Shown: in pieces, positions 1-10,800 of the stretch
Layout: each line of letters starts with the position of its first letter
Position numbering within the stretch: position 1 is the stretch's first letter
NCBI GenBank assembly: GCA_963798085.1
Contig: CAWCRS010000007.1
Coordinates: 704,001-768,000 of the forward strand
DNA from: an uncultured Gemmatimonadales bacterium
Lineage (GTDB): Bacteria; Gemmatimonadota; Gemmatimonadetes; Longimicrobiales; RSA9
DNA: 64,000 bases
Direction: 5' to 3'
The notes under the pieces: generated by a model
What the model was told of the DNA's origin: nothing
The model's database searches: none
Seen by the model: only the letters and a program-made list of their open reading frames with translations
Program-made: the position numbers and the translations under genes

Positions 1-1439
1 ACAGGGCGACAACCGCCACACCAACCTGATGTCGCTCGCCATCAACAACGAGACCACGAACAAGCCGGCACCCGTCATCGAGGATGTGCAGGGCTACGAG
101 CTGTCCGCCGATGGCAGGAAGCTGATGCTGCAGAAGTCCGGCGAGATCTACGTGATCGATGCCGGGCCCAAGGCGCCCCAGAACCTGAGCGACAGCCACG
201 TGAACCTGAGCGCGTGGAAGTTCTCGGTGGATCCGACCGAGGAATGGGCGCACAACTTCGTCGATGCCTGGCGCCTCGAGCGCGACTACTTCTACGACCC
301 CGGCATGAACGGCATCGACTGGCCTGCCATGCGCACGAAGTACCAGCCGCTGGCGGACCGCGTGACCGACCGCGAAGAGCTGAACGACGTGTTAGCGCAG
401 ATGGTGGGAGAGCTGTCGGCACTGCACATCTTCGTGCGCGGCGGCGACGTGCGCAGCGCACCGCCCGAAGCCGCCATCACCAGCCTGGGCGCAACGTTCG
501 AGCGCGACGACGCGGGCGGCGGCTGGCGCGTCGCCCACATCTACCGCTCCGATCCCGACATCCCCGATGAGCTGGCGCCACTGGCACAGGCCGGCGTGGA
601 TGTGCACGAAGGCGACGTCATCACCGCGATCGATGGTGTGCCCACGCTCACCGTCCCCGATCCCGCCGTGCTGCTGCGCAACAAGGCGGGCCAGCAGGTG
701 CGGCTCTCGCTCAGGGACCACGACGTGATCGTGACCCCGATCACCCAGGCCCGAGAACGCGACCTGCGCTACGACGAGTGGGAGTACACCCGGCGCCTGG
801 CCATCGACTCGCTGTCGAACGGCAAGGTGGGCTACGTACACCTGCGCGCCATGGGCGGCGGCAACATCGCGGAATGGACGCGCGAGTACTACCCGGTGTT
901 CAACCGCGATGGCCTCATCATCGACGTGCGCCACAACACGGGCGGCAACATCGACTCCTGGCTGCTGGGCAAGCTGCTGCGCCAGAACTGGTTCTGGTGG
1001 AAGCCGCGCGTGGGCGACGCCTACGGCAACATGCCCTGGGCCTTCCGCGGTCCTATCATTGTGTTAGTCGACGAGCACACCGCCAGCGACGGCGAGGCCT
1101 TCGCCGAAGGGTTCAAGCGTCTGGGCCTGGGCAAGGTGCTCGGGCATCCGCACCTGGGGCGGCGAGATCTGGCTGTCGTCGAGCAACTTCCTCGCCGACC
1201 GCGGCATCGCCACCGCCGCCGAACAGGGTGTTTATGCCGATGGGAAGTGGTTGATCGAAGGATGGGGCGTGGAGCCCGACGTGGTGGTCGAGAATCTGCC
1301 GGTCGCCACCTTCGATGGCCGCGACGCGCAACTCGAGGTGGCGGTGAAACTGCTGCTCGACGAAGCTGTAAAGAAACCGCTGGCCACACCGCCGCCGCCG
1401 CCGTACCCGCACAAGGCGATCACGCGGGGAAGTCGCTGA
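1..1439 (+). CDS. Tricorn protease / S41 family peptidase, C-terminal part (runs off the left edge; one +1 frameshift at ~1142-1144)
   Basis: Motifs AWRLERDYFYDP, PDZ region, GKVGYVHL, IIDVRHNTGG and catalytic TASDGEAF. Removing one G from GGG at 1142-1144 gives the expected GIRTWGGEIW...IEGWGVEPDVVVENLP continuing to TGA 1437-1439. Confidence 0.9.
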
Positions 1440-1540
1440 AGGCAGTCATCATGGAAATGACGTACGTGATGCTGGACATCATTGGCGTGCCCACACCGCC
1501 GCTGTAGGGCCTCACGTCCGAGCGTGTCAGGAAGGGCCGG

Positions 1541-4372
1541 CTAGTCCGGTTGCAGCGCGCGTGCAGGGTCGATGCGCGCTGCACGCCGGGCGGGAACCCA
1601 GCTTGCCAGCAACCCCACGAGCCCGAGCAGTGCGGTCACTGCCACGAACGTGCGCCAGTCGTGCGGGCTCGTGTTGTAGAGCAGACTCCCCAGCAGGCGG
1701 GTCAGGCCGAACGAACTCAGCGCGCCCAGCACCAGACCCAGGGCGGACAGGCGGAAGCCCTGCCAGACCACCATGCGCCGCACCGAACGCTGTTCCGCGC
1801 CCAGCGCCATGCGCAGGCCGATCTCCCGCGTGCGCTGCGTCACCACGTAGCTGATCACGCCGTACAGTCCGATGGCGCCGAGGAACAGCGCGAGGCTCGC
1901 AGCAATGACCAGCGCCAGCATGGTGAAGGCGATGGGCACCATGGACTGCGCCACCATCGACTCGAGTGTGCTGATGGATGCGATGGGCAGGTTGGGATCG
2001 AGAGCCCAGACCTCGCGGCGCACGGCAGCAGCCATGGCCTCCGGATCGGGTGCGCGCAGCGCGAACGCCATCATCCTCGCGGCTGGCTGCGGGGCTGCCT
2101 GACCGGCATTGCCGTGTCCGGCGACGGGCGGCGCCGATAGCAACGGATAGTAGACAATCGGGTCCGGATCTTCGCGGAGATTGCGGATGCGCACGGAACC
2201 GACCACACCGACAACCGTGCGCCATTCCTGGCTGCCGTCCGCGGCACGCAGCCGCTTGCCGATCGCGTCCTGACCGGGCCAGAAACGCTGGGCGAGCGCT
2301 TCACTCACCACGACGGCGGAGCGCGTGGCTTCGCGGTCGGCGCTCTCGAACGCACTGCCGTGCAGCAGGGGTATGCGCATCGCCTCGAAATATCCGTCAG
2401 AAGCGTAACCGTACCACAGAATGGGCGGCAGCTCGCCCTGTGCCGGCGGATGATCTTCGATGAGAAAGCCCGTGCCGGTAGCGGAGTTCCCTAACGGTAT
2501 GTCAGTGACGGCGCCGGCGGCGCGCACGCCGGGAAGTGCACGCAGCCGCTCGAGCAGCCGCTCATGAAAACTGGCGGCTGCCGCCGCGTCCGGGTAGCCG
2601 GCAGCCGGCAGCGACAGACGGAATGTCAGGACATCGTGCGCGTCGAAGCCGGGGTTGATGGCGCGCAGCTGCGCGAAGGTGCGCAGCATGAGGCCCGAGC
2701 CCGTGAGCAGCACCAGCGCCAGCGCGGTCTGCAGCACGACCAGCAGCTGACGCGTGCGCTGGCGGTCGCGGCCGGCGGTCGTGCGCGTGCCACTGTTGGA
2801 CACGACCGCCAGGGCGCGCGGCGAGGTGAGCCGTATGGCGGGGATCAGAGCCAGCAGCAGTGCGACGATGACCACGAGCGCAACGGCGTACCCCATGACG
2901 ACGGGGTCAATGCGCACTTCGTCGAGCCGGGGGATGTTGCGCGGCGCCACACGCAGCAGGACGCGCAGTCCCACGGCGCCCAGCAGCAGACCGACCGCCC
3001 CCGCAGCCAGTGACAGCAATGAGCTTTCCAACAGGAAATGACGCGCCAGCCGACCGCGCCCGGCTCCCAGCGCGGCGCGCACCGCAATGTCACGCTGGCG
3101 TGCTTCCGCGCGCACGAGGAACAGGTTGGTGACGTTGGCACAGGCAATGACGAGCACGAAGGCGGCCGTGCCCAGCAGGATCCAGAGCGGACGACGCGCG
3201 TCGCCTGTGATGTCTTCCTTGAGCGGCACGGCGCTGGACGCGAAGCGGCCTGTCTTCAGGAACGCCTTGAACTGACCCTGCGGATCGGCAAACACATCAC
3301 CCAGCCGCCTGATAATGCCGTCCAGCTGGACACGCAGCTGATTCACGGAGATGCGCGGACGCAGGCGGGCGACCGCGTCGTAGGCGAACGAGCCTGGCGG
3401 CGCGTTAGGCATGTCGATCGCCAGTGGTGTGTACACCATGATGTCGGGAGTCACGAAAGCAAAATCCGGCGCCATGACACCCACCACCGTGCGCGCTACG
3501 CCATCCACACGCAGCGTCCTGCCCAGCACCGCACGATCCCCGCCGAAACGCCGCTGCCAGAGCGCGTGGCTCAGGATCACGGCGGGCGCTCCTCCGGGCG
3601 CATCCTCCTCCTCCGTGAAACCCCGGCCCAGCACCGGGGACACACCGAGCGTGGGGAAAAGCGTGCGCGACGCGGTGAGTGAAACCACACGCTCGGGCGA
3701 GGCATCGTCGCCCGTCAGGTTCACGTTGTCCTGGCGGTAGATGGCGCTCTCCTCGATGTCGCTCGCATCCTTGCGGTATTCGCGGTACATGCCCGGCGAG
3801 ATGTCGATGCGCGGGTAGTTGAGGCCGGGCGCGGTGTGCCGCAGAATGACGAGACGGTCGGCGTGCGGGTATGGCAGCGGCTTCAGCAGCACCGCGTTCA
3901 CCACACTGAAAACAATGGTGTTAGCGGCAACCGCGAGCGCCAGCGTCAGCACCGCGGCAACCGTGTACTGCGGGGCGCGGGCCAGACTGCGGATGGCGTG
4001 CTGCGCTTCCTTCCGGATCGTCGTCATGCTCCATGCCTCCCGGCGCCGTGCGCGGTCGCCGCCGCCGTGGTGCGGTGGATGGTAGAAGGGCCCGCTGCGA
4101 AGCAGGCGATCACGAAGCACGCGCAAGGCGATGCCGGGCACCTGCCGGCGATACCACGCGCCGGCCGCGTGCGGGCCGCGCGCGCGCGCCATCTCACCGT
4201 GCTCCTGCCGGAGATCGCCCAGCATGCACGCGCCCGCGTCGCCCAGCGGCTCGAGACAGAGCCTCAGCAGCTGCTCGGCAAGGGCCGGTGGCTGCGTCCG
4301 GGGCACGCGCTCGGCGCCGCTTCCGTCCGCACCGGAGGCGCCGGCGCGCGCAGGACTTTCCACGCCCTTCAT
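1541..4372 (-). CDS. ADOP-type duplicated ABC transporter permease (tandem MacB_PCD/FtsX)
   Basis: Hallmarks IFSVVNAVLLKPLPY, LVIACANVTNL, R-DIAVRAALGA, REIGLRMALGA and PARRAARIDP. ATG 4372 overlaps the PadR stop (ATGA). Confidence 0.92.
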   Translation of the reverse strand: MKGVESPARAGASGADGSGAERVPRTQPPALAEQLLRLCLEPLGDAGACMLGDLRQEHGEMARARGPHAAGAWYRRQVPGIALRVLRDRLLRSGPFYHPPHHGGGDRARRREAWSMTTIRKEAQHAIRSLARAPQYTVAAVLTLALAVAANTIVFSVVNAVLLKPLPYPHADRLVILRHTAPGLNYPRIDISPGMYREYRKDASDIEESAIYRQDNVNLTGDDASPERVVSLTASRTLFPTLGVSPVLGRGFTEEEDAPGGAPAVILSHALWQRRFGGDRAVLGRTLRVDGVARTVVGVMAPDFAFVTPDIMVYTPLAIDMPNAPPGSFAYDAVARLRPRISVNQLRVQLDGIIRRLGDVFADPQGQFKAFLKTGRFASSAVPLKEDITGDARRPLWILLGTAAFVLVIACANVTNLFLVRAEARQRDIAVRAALGAGRGRLARHFLLESSLLSLAAGAVGLLLGAVGLRVLLRVAPRNIPRLDEVRIDPVVMGYAVALVVIVALLLALIPAIRLTSPRALAVVSNSGTRTTAGRDRQRTRQLLVVLQTALALVLLTGSGLMLRTFAQLRAINPGFDAHDVLTFRLSLPAAGYPDAAAAASFHERLLERLRALPGVRAAGAVTDIPLGNSATGTGFLIEDHPPAQGELPPILWYGYASDGYFEAMRIPLLHGSAFESADREATRSAVVVSEALAQRFWPGQDAIGKRLRAADGSQEWRTVVGVVGSVRIRNLREDPDPIVYYPLLSAPPVAGHGNAGQAAPQPAARMMAFALRAPDPEAMAAAVRREVWALDPNLPIASISTLESMVAQSMVPIAFTMLALVIAASLALFLGAIGLYGVISYVVTQRTREIGLRMALGAEQRSVRRMVVWQGFRLSALGLVLGALSSFGLTRLLGSLLYNTSPHDWRTFVAVTALLGLVGLLASWVPARRAARIDPARALQPD

Positions 4373-4707
4373 GCGCGCCCCCGACCCAGCTCGCGTTCCA
4401 GCCCGGACCACAGCTCGAGCAGCGCCGCGCGATGCGTGCGCAATGCCTCCAGGCCGCCGGGCGTCAACTCGAAGCGACGCCGGCGATGCCCGCCACGATC
4501 TTCCTCAGGATCCTCCAGACTCCAGCGCAGAAAGCCCTTCTGCTCGAGTCGGCCCAGCGTGGCGTAGAGCGCGCCACGCGAAACCGGGCGGTCCACGCTG
4601 TCCTCGAGGTAGCGCGCCACGTCCGGTCCGTACGCGCCATCCTTCAGCTGCAGGACGGCCAGCAGCAGCATCTGCTCGAATTCACCGAGCGGGTAGTCGC
4701 GGGGCAT
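4369..4707 (-). CDS. PadR family transcriptional regulator (permease-associated)
   Basis: LGEFEQMLLLAVL, AYG, GALYATLGRLEQKG, RRRFELTPGG; coupled to the permease. Confidence 0.92.
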   Translation of the reverse strand: MPRDYPLGEFEQMLLLAVLQLKDGAYGPDVARYLEDSVDRPVSRGALYATLGRLEQKGFLRWSLEDPEEDRGGHRRRRFELTPGGLEALRTHRAALLELWSGLERELGRGRA

Positions 4708-4732
4708 GGGTCACGTGTGTGAAATGCAGTAT

Positions 4733-4747
4733 GTCTATTTTGTAGAC
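4733..4747. promoter_or_regulatory. Candidate PadR operator palindrome GTCTA-N5-TAGAC
   Basis: AT-rich inverted repeat ~25 bp upstream of the padR start in otherwise GC-rich DNA. Confidence 0.45.
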
Positions 4748-4846
4748 TCACGCAGGATAATACAGCGGCGGACGGCGATCAATTGTGCGAACCCGCCAGC
4801 GGGGCGAGCGGCAGCGCCGGCGGGACAGGCCGCGCCGGGCCGCGGG

Positions 4847-5197
4847 TCAGTGGCCGGGACTCTGCACGATGGCGGCGACGGTGGCACCCATCCAGCTGAA
4901 CACGGACTTGAAGGTGCCCTGGACGTGGGTATCGGCACCGCGAGCGGGCACACCCTGTCCCTGCGCGATGACAACGATTTTGCCGGTGCCGTCGTCGACC
5001 TCGTATGCGCCGGTACCCAGAATGCCGGCGGCGCGCGTCACCTGACCGTGCACGCGGACGGTGTGCCCGTCGAAGCGCTGCGGCTCGTCCAGCAGCGTAC
5101 GAATGTGCACGGTGCTGGAACAGGCTGTTAGGGAAAGGGCGGCCAGCAGCAACAGGGCGCCGGCGAAGGGAGCCTGGCGAAGGCGGCGGGATCGCAT
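4847..5197 (-). CDS. OB-fold-like lipoprotein
   Basis: Lipobox-like LSLTAC, then IRTLLDEPQRFDGHTVRVHGQV and YEVDDGTGKIVV (OB-fold pattern); GGAGAG RBS. Confidence 0.7.
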   Translation of the reverse strand: MRSRRLRQAPFAGALLLLAALSLTACSSTVHIRTLLDEPQRFDGHTVRVHGQVTRAAGILGTGAYEVDDGTGKIVVIAQGQGVPARGADTHVQGTFKSVFSWMGATVAAIVQSPGH

Positions 5198-5289
5198 CAC
5201 GGACTCTCCTGAAAGTCGTCGCCTGCAGACAATGGCAAGCGACGTGCCGGAGGACAAGGACCGCGCAGGGAGCGCGGAGGTTGGTGGCA

Positions 5290-5703
5290 TCAGCGCGAAC
5301 GCTTGCGCAGGAACGCCTGAGGCTCAATGGCGACGGCCGGGAAGCGGCGTGTGATTTCACGGTCGAGCGTCACGAGCGGCACCGCCAGGTCGCGCGCCAC
5401 GGCGACGAACTCGCAGTCGTACGCGGTGCAGCCGGAATCCGCCGCGAGGCGCAGCACGTGCTGCCCGGAGGGTTGGAATTCGCGGTCCGCCATCAGGCTC
5501 TCCGCGGCGTTGGCCGCGGCAAACGCGGCGGACAGCGGGGACGTGCTCTCGCGGATGCGGCGGGCGAGGACATTGCGGAATTCGCTGCGCCAGAGCACAG
5601 GCACGCACCAGTCGGAATCGCGCTCGAGCACGCGTTCCGCGAGCGGCGTATGAGGGCCGGCAATGACCAGGTAGACCACCATGTTGGTGTCCACCACGAT
5701 CAT
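5290..5703 (-). CDS. vapC: PIN domain toxin (VapC/FitB-like)
   Basis: MIVVDTN, SEFRNVL, TAYDCEFVAVA, LVTLD acidic PIN residues; overlaps the antitoxin stop. Confidence 0.92.
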   Translation of the reverse strand: MIVVDTNMVVYLVIAGPHTPLAERVLERDSDWCVPVLWRSEFRNVLARRIRESTSPLSAAFAAANAAESLMADREFQPSGQHVLRLAADSGCTAYDCEFVAVARDLAVPLVTLDREITRRFPAVAIEPQAFLRKRSR

Positions 5704-5939
5704 GGCCTGCCTTCCGTGCGGGCGGCCTCCAGCCACGCGGCGGTGATGGGTGCACCCATCCGTTCGCGTACGGCGCGTACGACCGCCAGCTGTTCCCCGG
5801 CGTCGAGCCGCGCGCTCCCCAGAGCGCGCTCCAGGCGCGCGATGACTTCGCTGTTGATGCTCCGGTGGTTCATCGCCGCACTCTCCCTGAGTCGCTCGTA
5901 GAGCGGGTCGGGCAGGGCCTTGATCGTGAGCGTTGCCAT
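5700..5939 (-). CDS. Ribbon-helix-helix (Arc/FitA-like) antitoxin
   Basis: MATLTIKALPDPLYERLRESAAMNHRSINSEVI, a typical FitA/Arc RHH; upstream of the PIN gene. Confidence 0.88.
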   Translation of the reverse strand: MATLTIKALPDPLYERLRESAAMNHRSINSEVIARLERALGSARLDAGEQLAVVRAVRERMGAPITAAWLEAARTEGRP

Positions 5940-5949
5940 GGGCTCCTGT

Positions 5950-5977
5950 GGTTCCATTATGATTGCATTATGGAACC
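5950..5977. promoter_or_regulatory. TA operator GGTTCCAT-N12-ATGGAACC
   Basis: Perfect 8-bp inverted repeat with a 12-bp spacer, 10 bp upstream of the antitoxin start. Confidence 0.75.
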
Positions 5978-6223
5978 TAACCCCGGGAGGCACGGGCTGT
6001 CAATCCTTGCGGTGTCATGGTGACTCCTGAGCGGTTTCCGGTGCGGTTGTACGCAGAATGGCGGGACGGGTGGGGCAGCTCCATGGGGATTCCGGACGCG
6101 GGGCGGGACACGCCAGCCATTCCCCTCGCCGGGAGCGGTGATTGCCTGACAGACGTGAAGGGGAATCCGTGCAACCGTGGCCTGATGCGACACGAGGGCG
6201 AGGCGAAGGAGGGACTGGCCGGC

Positions 6224-7864
6224 ATGTCGGAACGAAGAGATGAGCTCACGCAGCCGCCGGATCTGACGCAGAAGCGGGGAACGGGGCCGGCACGGACGCG
6301 GCGACCGGTCTACGAGGATCTGCTGCCGCCGTGCAATCATGCGTGCCCGGCGGGCGAGAACATCCAGGCGTGGTTGTCGCTGGCGCAGGCGAAGCGCTTC
6401 CGGGAGGCGTGGCAGACGCTGACGCGGGACAATCCGCTGCCGGCGATTCATGGAAGGGTGTGTTATCACCCGTGCGAGTCGTCGTGCAATCGGGAGTCGC
6501 TGGATGGCGCGGTTACGATCCATGCGGTGGAGCGGTTCCTGGGCGATCTTGCGTTGCGCGAGGGGTGGGACGCGGAGAGCGAGGGGGTGGCGACGGGCAA
6601 GCGTGTGCTGGTCGTGGGCGCAGGGCCGAGCGGGCTGTCGGCGGCATACCACCTGGCGCGCATGGGTCACACGGTCGAGGTCCGCGACGCCATGGACGAA
6701 GCCGGCGGGATGATGCGTTCGGGAATTCCCGCGTACCGGCTGCCGCGCGACGTGCTGGACAGTGAGATCGCGCGGGTGGCTCGCATGGGTGTAACGTTCA
6801 CGCTGGGTCATCGCGTCGAGGATCTGGTGCGCGAGTGGCGCGAGGGTGGTTTCGAGGCGGTGTTCGTGGCGGTGGGCGCGCATCTGTCGAAGCGCACGGC
6901 GATCCCGGCGCGCGATGCGGTTCACATGCTGGATGCGGTGAGCTTTCTGCGCGATGTAGCGGCGGGCGAAGCGCCGCGACTGGGTCGGCGCGTGGCGGTC
7001 TATGGCGGCGGCAACACGGCGATGGATGCGGCGCGGAGCGCCGTGCGGCTGGGGCACGAGCCGCTGATCATCTACCGGCGCGATCGCGAACACATGCCGG
7101 CGCATCCTGCGGAAGCGGATGAGGCGCTGGAAGAGGGCGTGCGCATACACTGGCTGCGCAGCATCCGTTCGCTGGAGCCGGGTCGCGTCACTGTAGAGCG
7201 CATGGAGCTGGATGAGAAAGGGCGACCGCGCGGCACGGGAGAAGTGGAGACCATCGAAGCAGACGATCTGATTCTGGCGCTGGGTCAGGACACGGACGCC
7301 GGTTTCCTGCGTGCGGTGCCGGGTGTGGAGGTGCAGGCGGACGGAACGGTGATCGTCGACGCGCAGATGATGACGGGCCGCGCCGGCCTTTTCGCGGGCG
7401 GGGACATGGTACCGGCCGAGCGCACCGTGACAGTGGCGGTGGGCCACGGCAAGAAGGCGGCGCGCAACATCAATGCGTACCTGCGCGGTGAAATTGTGGA
7501 AGCGAAGCGCGGCCGCCGCGTGCTCGCCACGCTCGACAAGCTGCACCTGTGGTTCTACACGGAGGCGGCGCATCGGCCGCAGGAGCGGGCGGCGCTCGAG
7601 CGGCGGCGTGACAGCTTCGAGGAGGTGGTGAAGGGGCTGACAGAAGACGAGGTGGTGTTCGAGGCGAAGCGCTGTTTCTCGTGCGGCAATTGTTTCGAAT
7701 GCGACGGCTGCTACGCCGCGTGTCCGGAAGATGCGGTCATCAAGCTGGGTGTGGGCCTGCGTTACCGCTACGACTACGACCGCTGTACGGGGTGCGCGGT
7801 GTGCTTCGAGCAGTGCCCCTGTCACGCAATCGAGATGTTACCCGAGCCGGGAGCGCCGGCATGA
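6224..7864 (+). CDS. GltD/PreT-like FAD/NAD(P)H-dependent Fe-S oxidoreductase with C-terminal 2x[4Fe-4S]
   Basis: PPCNHACP, GRVCYHPCE, VGAGPSG, GGGNTAMD, CFSCGNCFECDGC, CTGCAVCFEQCP; AAGGAGG RBS before ATG 6224. Confidence 0.9.
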   Translation: MSERRDELTQPPDLTQKRGTGPARTRRPVYEDLLPPCNHACPAGENIQAWLSLAQAKRFREAWQTLTRDNPLPAIHGRVCYHPCESSCNRESLDGAVTIHAVERFLGDLALREGWDAESEGVATGKRVLVVGAGPSGLSAAYHLARMGHTVEVRDAMDEAGGMMRSGIPAYRLPRDVLDSEIARVARMGVTFTLGHRVEDLVREWREGGFEAVFVAVGAHLSKRTAIPARDAVHMLDAVSFLRDVAAGEAPRLGRRVAVYGGGNTAMDAARSAVRLGHEPLIIYRRDREHMPAHPAEADEALEEGVRIHWLRSIRSLEPGRVTVERMELDEKGRPRGTGEVETIEADDLILALGQDTDAGFLRAVPGVEVQADGTVIVDAQMMTGRAGLFAGGDMVPAERTVTVAVGHGKKAARNINAYLRGEIVEAKRGRRVLATLDKLHLWFYTEAAHRPQERAALERRRDSFEEVVKGLTEDEVVFEAKRCFSCGNCFECDGCYAACPEDAVIKLGVGLRYRYDYDRCTGCAVCFEQCPCHAIEMLPEPGAPA

Positions 7865-10800
7865 GCGCGACGCAGGTGCCGGAATCTGCCCGGCGTCATG
7901 AGCCGGCGCCGGCGGCGCCGGCCTCGCCGCGGCCGGCAGCGAAGCGCGCGACCGTGGACGGCAACGAAGCGTGCGCCGACGTGGCGTACCGTGTGAACGA
8001 GGTCTGCGCGATCTACCCGATCACGCCTTCCTCGCCCATGGCCGAGCTGGCGGACCAGTGGTCCAGCGAGGGGCGGAGCAATCTGTGGGGCGCGGTGCCG
8101 CAGGTGGTGGAGATGCAGAGCGAGGCGGGGGCGGCGGGTGCGCTGCACGGCGCTCTGCAGGCGGGCGCGCTGACCACGACCTTCACGGCGTCGCAGGGCC
8201 TGCTGCTGATGATTCCCAACATGTACCGCATCGCGGGCGAGCTGACGTCCTGCGTGTTCCACGTGGCGGCGCGCTCGCTGGCCACACACGCGCTGTCGAT
8301 CTTCGGCGACCATCAGGACGTGATGGCGGTGCGCGCCACGGGATTCGCGCAGCTCGCGGCGGCATCGGTGCAGGAGGCGCACGATCTGGCGGCCATCGCG
8401 CAGATGGCGACGCTGGAATCGCGGCTGCCGTTCGTGCACTTCTTCGATGGTTTCCGCACCTCGCACGAAATTCAGAAGATCACGCTGCTGTCGGATGACG
8501 ATCTGCGCGTACTGCTGTCCGATGACCAAGTGTTAGCGCATTGGCGGCGCGCGCTCAATCCGGACTCGCCCTTCATACGCGGCACGGCGCAGAATCCCGA
8601 TGTCTATTTCCAGGGCCGGGAGGCGGCGAATCCGCACTACCGTCGGGGCAGCGCCATTGTGGAGTCGGCCATGGAGCGCTTTGCGGCGCTGACGGGGCGC
8701 CGCTACCACCTGTTCGATTACTACGGCGCACCGGAGCCGGAGCGTGTGCTGGTGCTCATGGGCTCGGGCGCGGAGACGGCGCGCGAGACGGTGGAGTACC
8801 TGGCGGCGCGCGGTGAGCCGGTGGGTGTGGTGTGCGTGCACCTCTTCCGTCCATTCTCCGCCGAGCACCTGCTGGCTGCGATACCGCCCAGCACGCGCAG
8901 CCTGGCGGTGCTGGACCGCACCAAGGAGCCGGGCGCGCCGGCGGAGCCGCTGCACCTCGACGTAACACTGGCGTTCGCAGAAGCGGCGGCTGCGGGGCGC
9001 AACGGTGAGGAGCGTCGTCGCCCGATCCGCATCGTGGGTGGACGCTACGGACTGTCGTCGAAGGAATTCACGCCCGCCATGATCAAGGGCGTGCTGGACG
9101 AGCTGCGCGCCGGTGCGCCGCGCAATCACTTCACGGTGGGCATACACGACGACGTGAGCGGCACCAGCCTGCCCTGGGATGCCGATTTCACGACGGAATC
9201 GGACGACGTGTACCGCGCCGTCTTCTACGGCCTGGGCTCGGACGGCACGGTGGGCGCGAACAAGAACACGATCAAGATCCTGGGCGAGGATGCGGCAATA
9301 CAGCCGCAGGGCTACTTCGTCTACGATTCCAAGAAAGCCGGCTCGCAGACCGTGTCGCACGTGCGCTTTGCCCGCTCGCCCATCCGATCGGCGTACCTGA
9401 TCGGGGCGGCGCAGTTCGTGGCCTGCCATCAGTTCTCGTTCCTGGAGCGACGGGATGTGCTGTCGGCGGCGGCGCCGGGAGCGACCTTCCTTCTTAACAC
9501 CGTGTTCGGGCCGGACGAAGTGTGGGAACAGCTGCCGCGACCGGTGCAGGAGCAGATCCTGGCGCGGCGGCTGCGCTGCTTCGTGATCGATGCCAGCGGC
9601 GTGGCACAGGACACGGGCATGGGCGAACGCACGGGCACGATCCTGCAGACCTGCTTCTTCGCGCTGTCCGGTGTGCTGCCGCGCGAGCAGGCGCTGGAGC
9701 GCATCAAGGCCGCCATCCGGAAGACGTACGGCAGGAAGGGCGAGGAGGTGGTGCGCAGGAACTTCGCAGCGGTGGATGCGACGCTGGAGCGGCTGCACGA
9801 AGTGCGCGTGCCGCAGTCGGCAAGCAGCCGGCGCGCCCGCCTGCCGGTGGTGCCGGCGCAGGCGCCCGAGTTCGTGCGTCGCGTGACGGCTGCCATGCTG
9901 GAAGGCGTCGGCGACGCGCTGCCTGTCAGCGCGCTGCCCGTGGACGGCACCTATCCGAGCGGCACGGCCCGATGGGAGAAGCGCAACCTGGCCACGCACG
10001 TGCCCATTTGGGATCCGGCGGTGTGCATCCAGTGCGGCAACTGCGCGCTGGTCTGCCCGCACGGCGTGATCCGCGCGCGGCTCTATCCGCAGGCGAGGCT
10101 GGCGGAGGCGCCGGTCGACTTCCCCTCGGCGCCCATCGATGCGCGCGGCTTCCCGGACACGCGCTACACGCTGCAGGTCTATGCGGAAGACTGCACGGGC
10201 TGCGCTCTGTGCGTGGAAGCATGCCCGGCGAAGAACAAGCAGGCGGTGGGTCGCAAGGCCATCAACATGGAGCCGAAGCCGGACACCATGGATGCGGTGC
10301 GCGAGCACATCGCGTTCTTCGAGGCGCTGCCGCTTACACCGCGCGGCGCCGTGGATTTTTCGACGGTGCGCGGCACGCAGTTCCTGGAGCCGCTGTTCGA
10401 GTTCTCGGGCGCGTGCGCGGGTTGCGGCGAGACACCCTACATCAAGCTGATCTCGCAGCTTTTCGGCGATCGCATGCTGGTGGCGAATGCCACGGGCTGC
10501 TCGTCGATCTATGGCGGCAATCTGCCAACCACACCATGGACCGTGAACGCGGAGGGCCGCGGCCCGGCGTGGTCGAACTCACTGTTCGAGGATAACGCGG
10601 AGTTCGGGCTGGGCATGCGCCTGGCGGCGGACCGGCACATGGGCGAGGCGGTGCAACGGCTGCAGGCCATGCGCGCCGAGCTGGGCGATGCGCTGGTCGA
10701 GGGTCTCTGCGAAGCACCGCAGCGCACGGAGCTGGAGATCCGGCTGCAGCGCGAGCGGCTGGCGGAGCTGCGTGCCCGACTGGCCGGCCGCGAGTCGGAG

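Noticed and set aside
1146..1507. C-terminal part of ORF 29..1507
   Set aside because: Out-of-frame read-through after the frameshift; the true tricorn C-terminus is in the frame ending at 1439.
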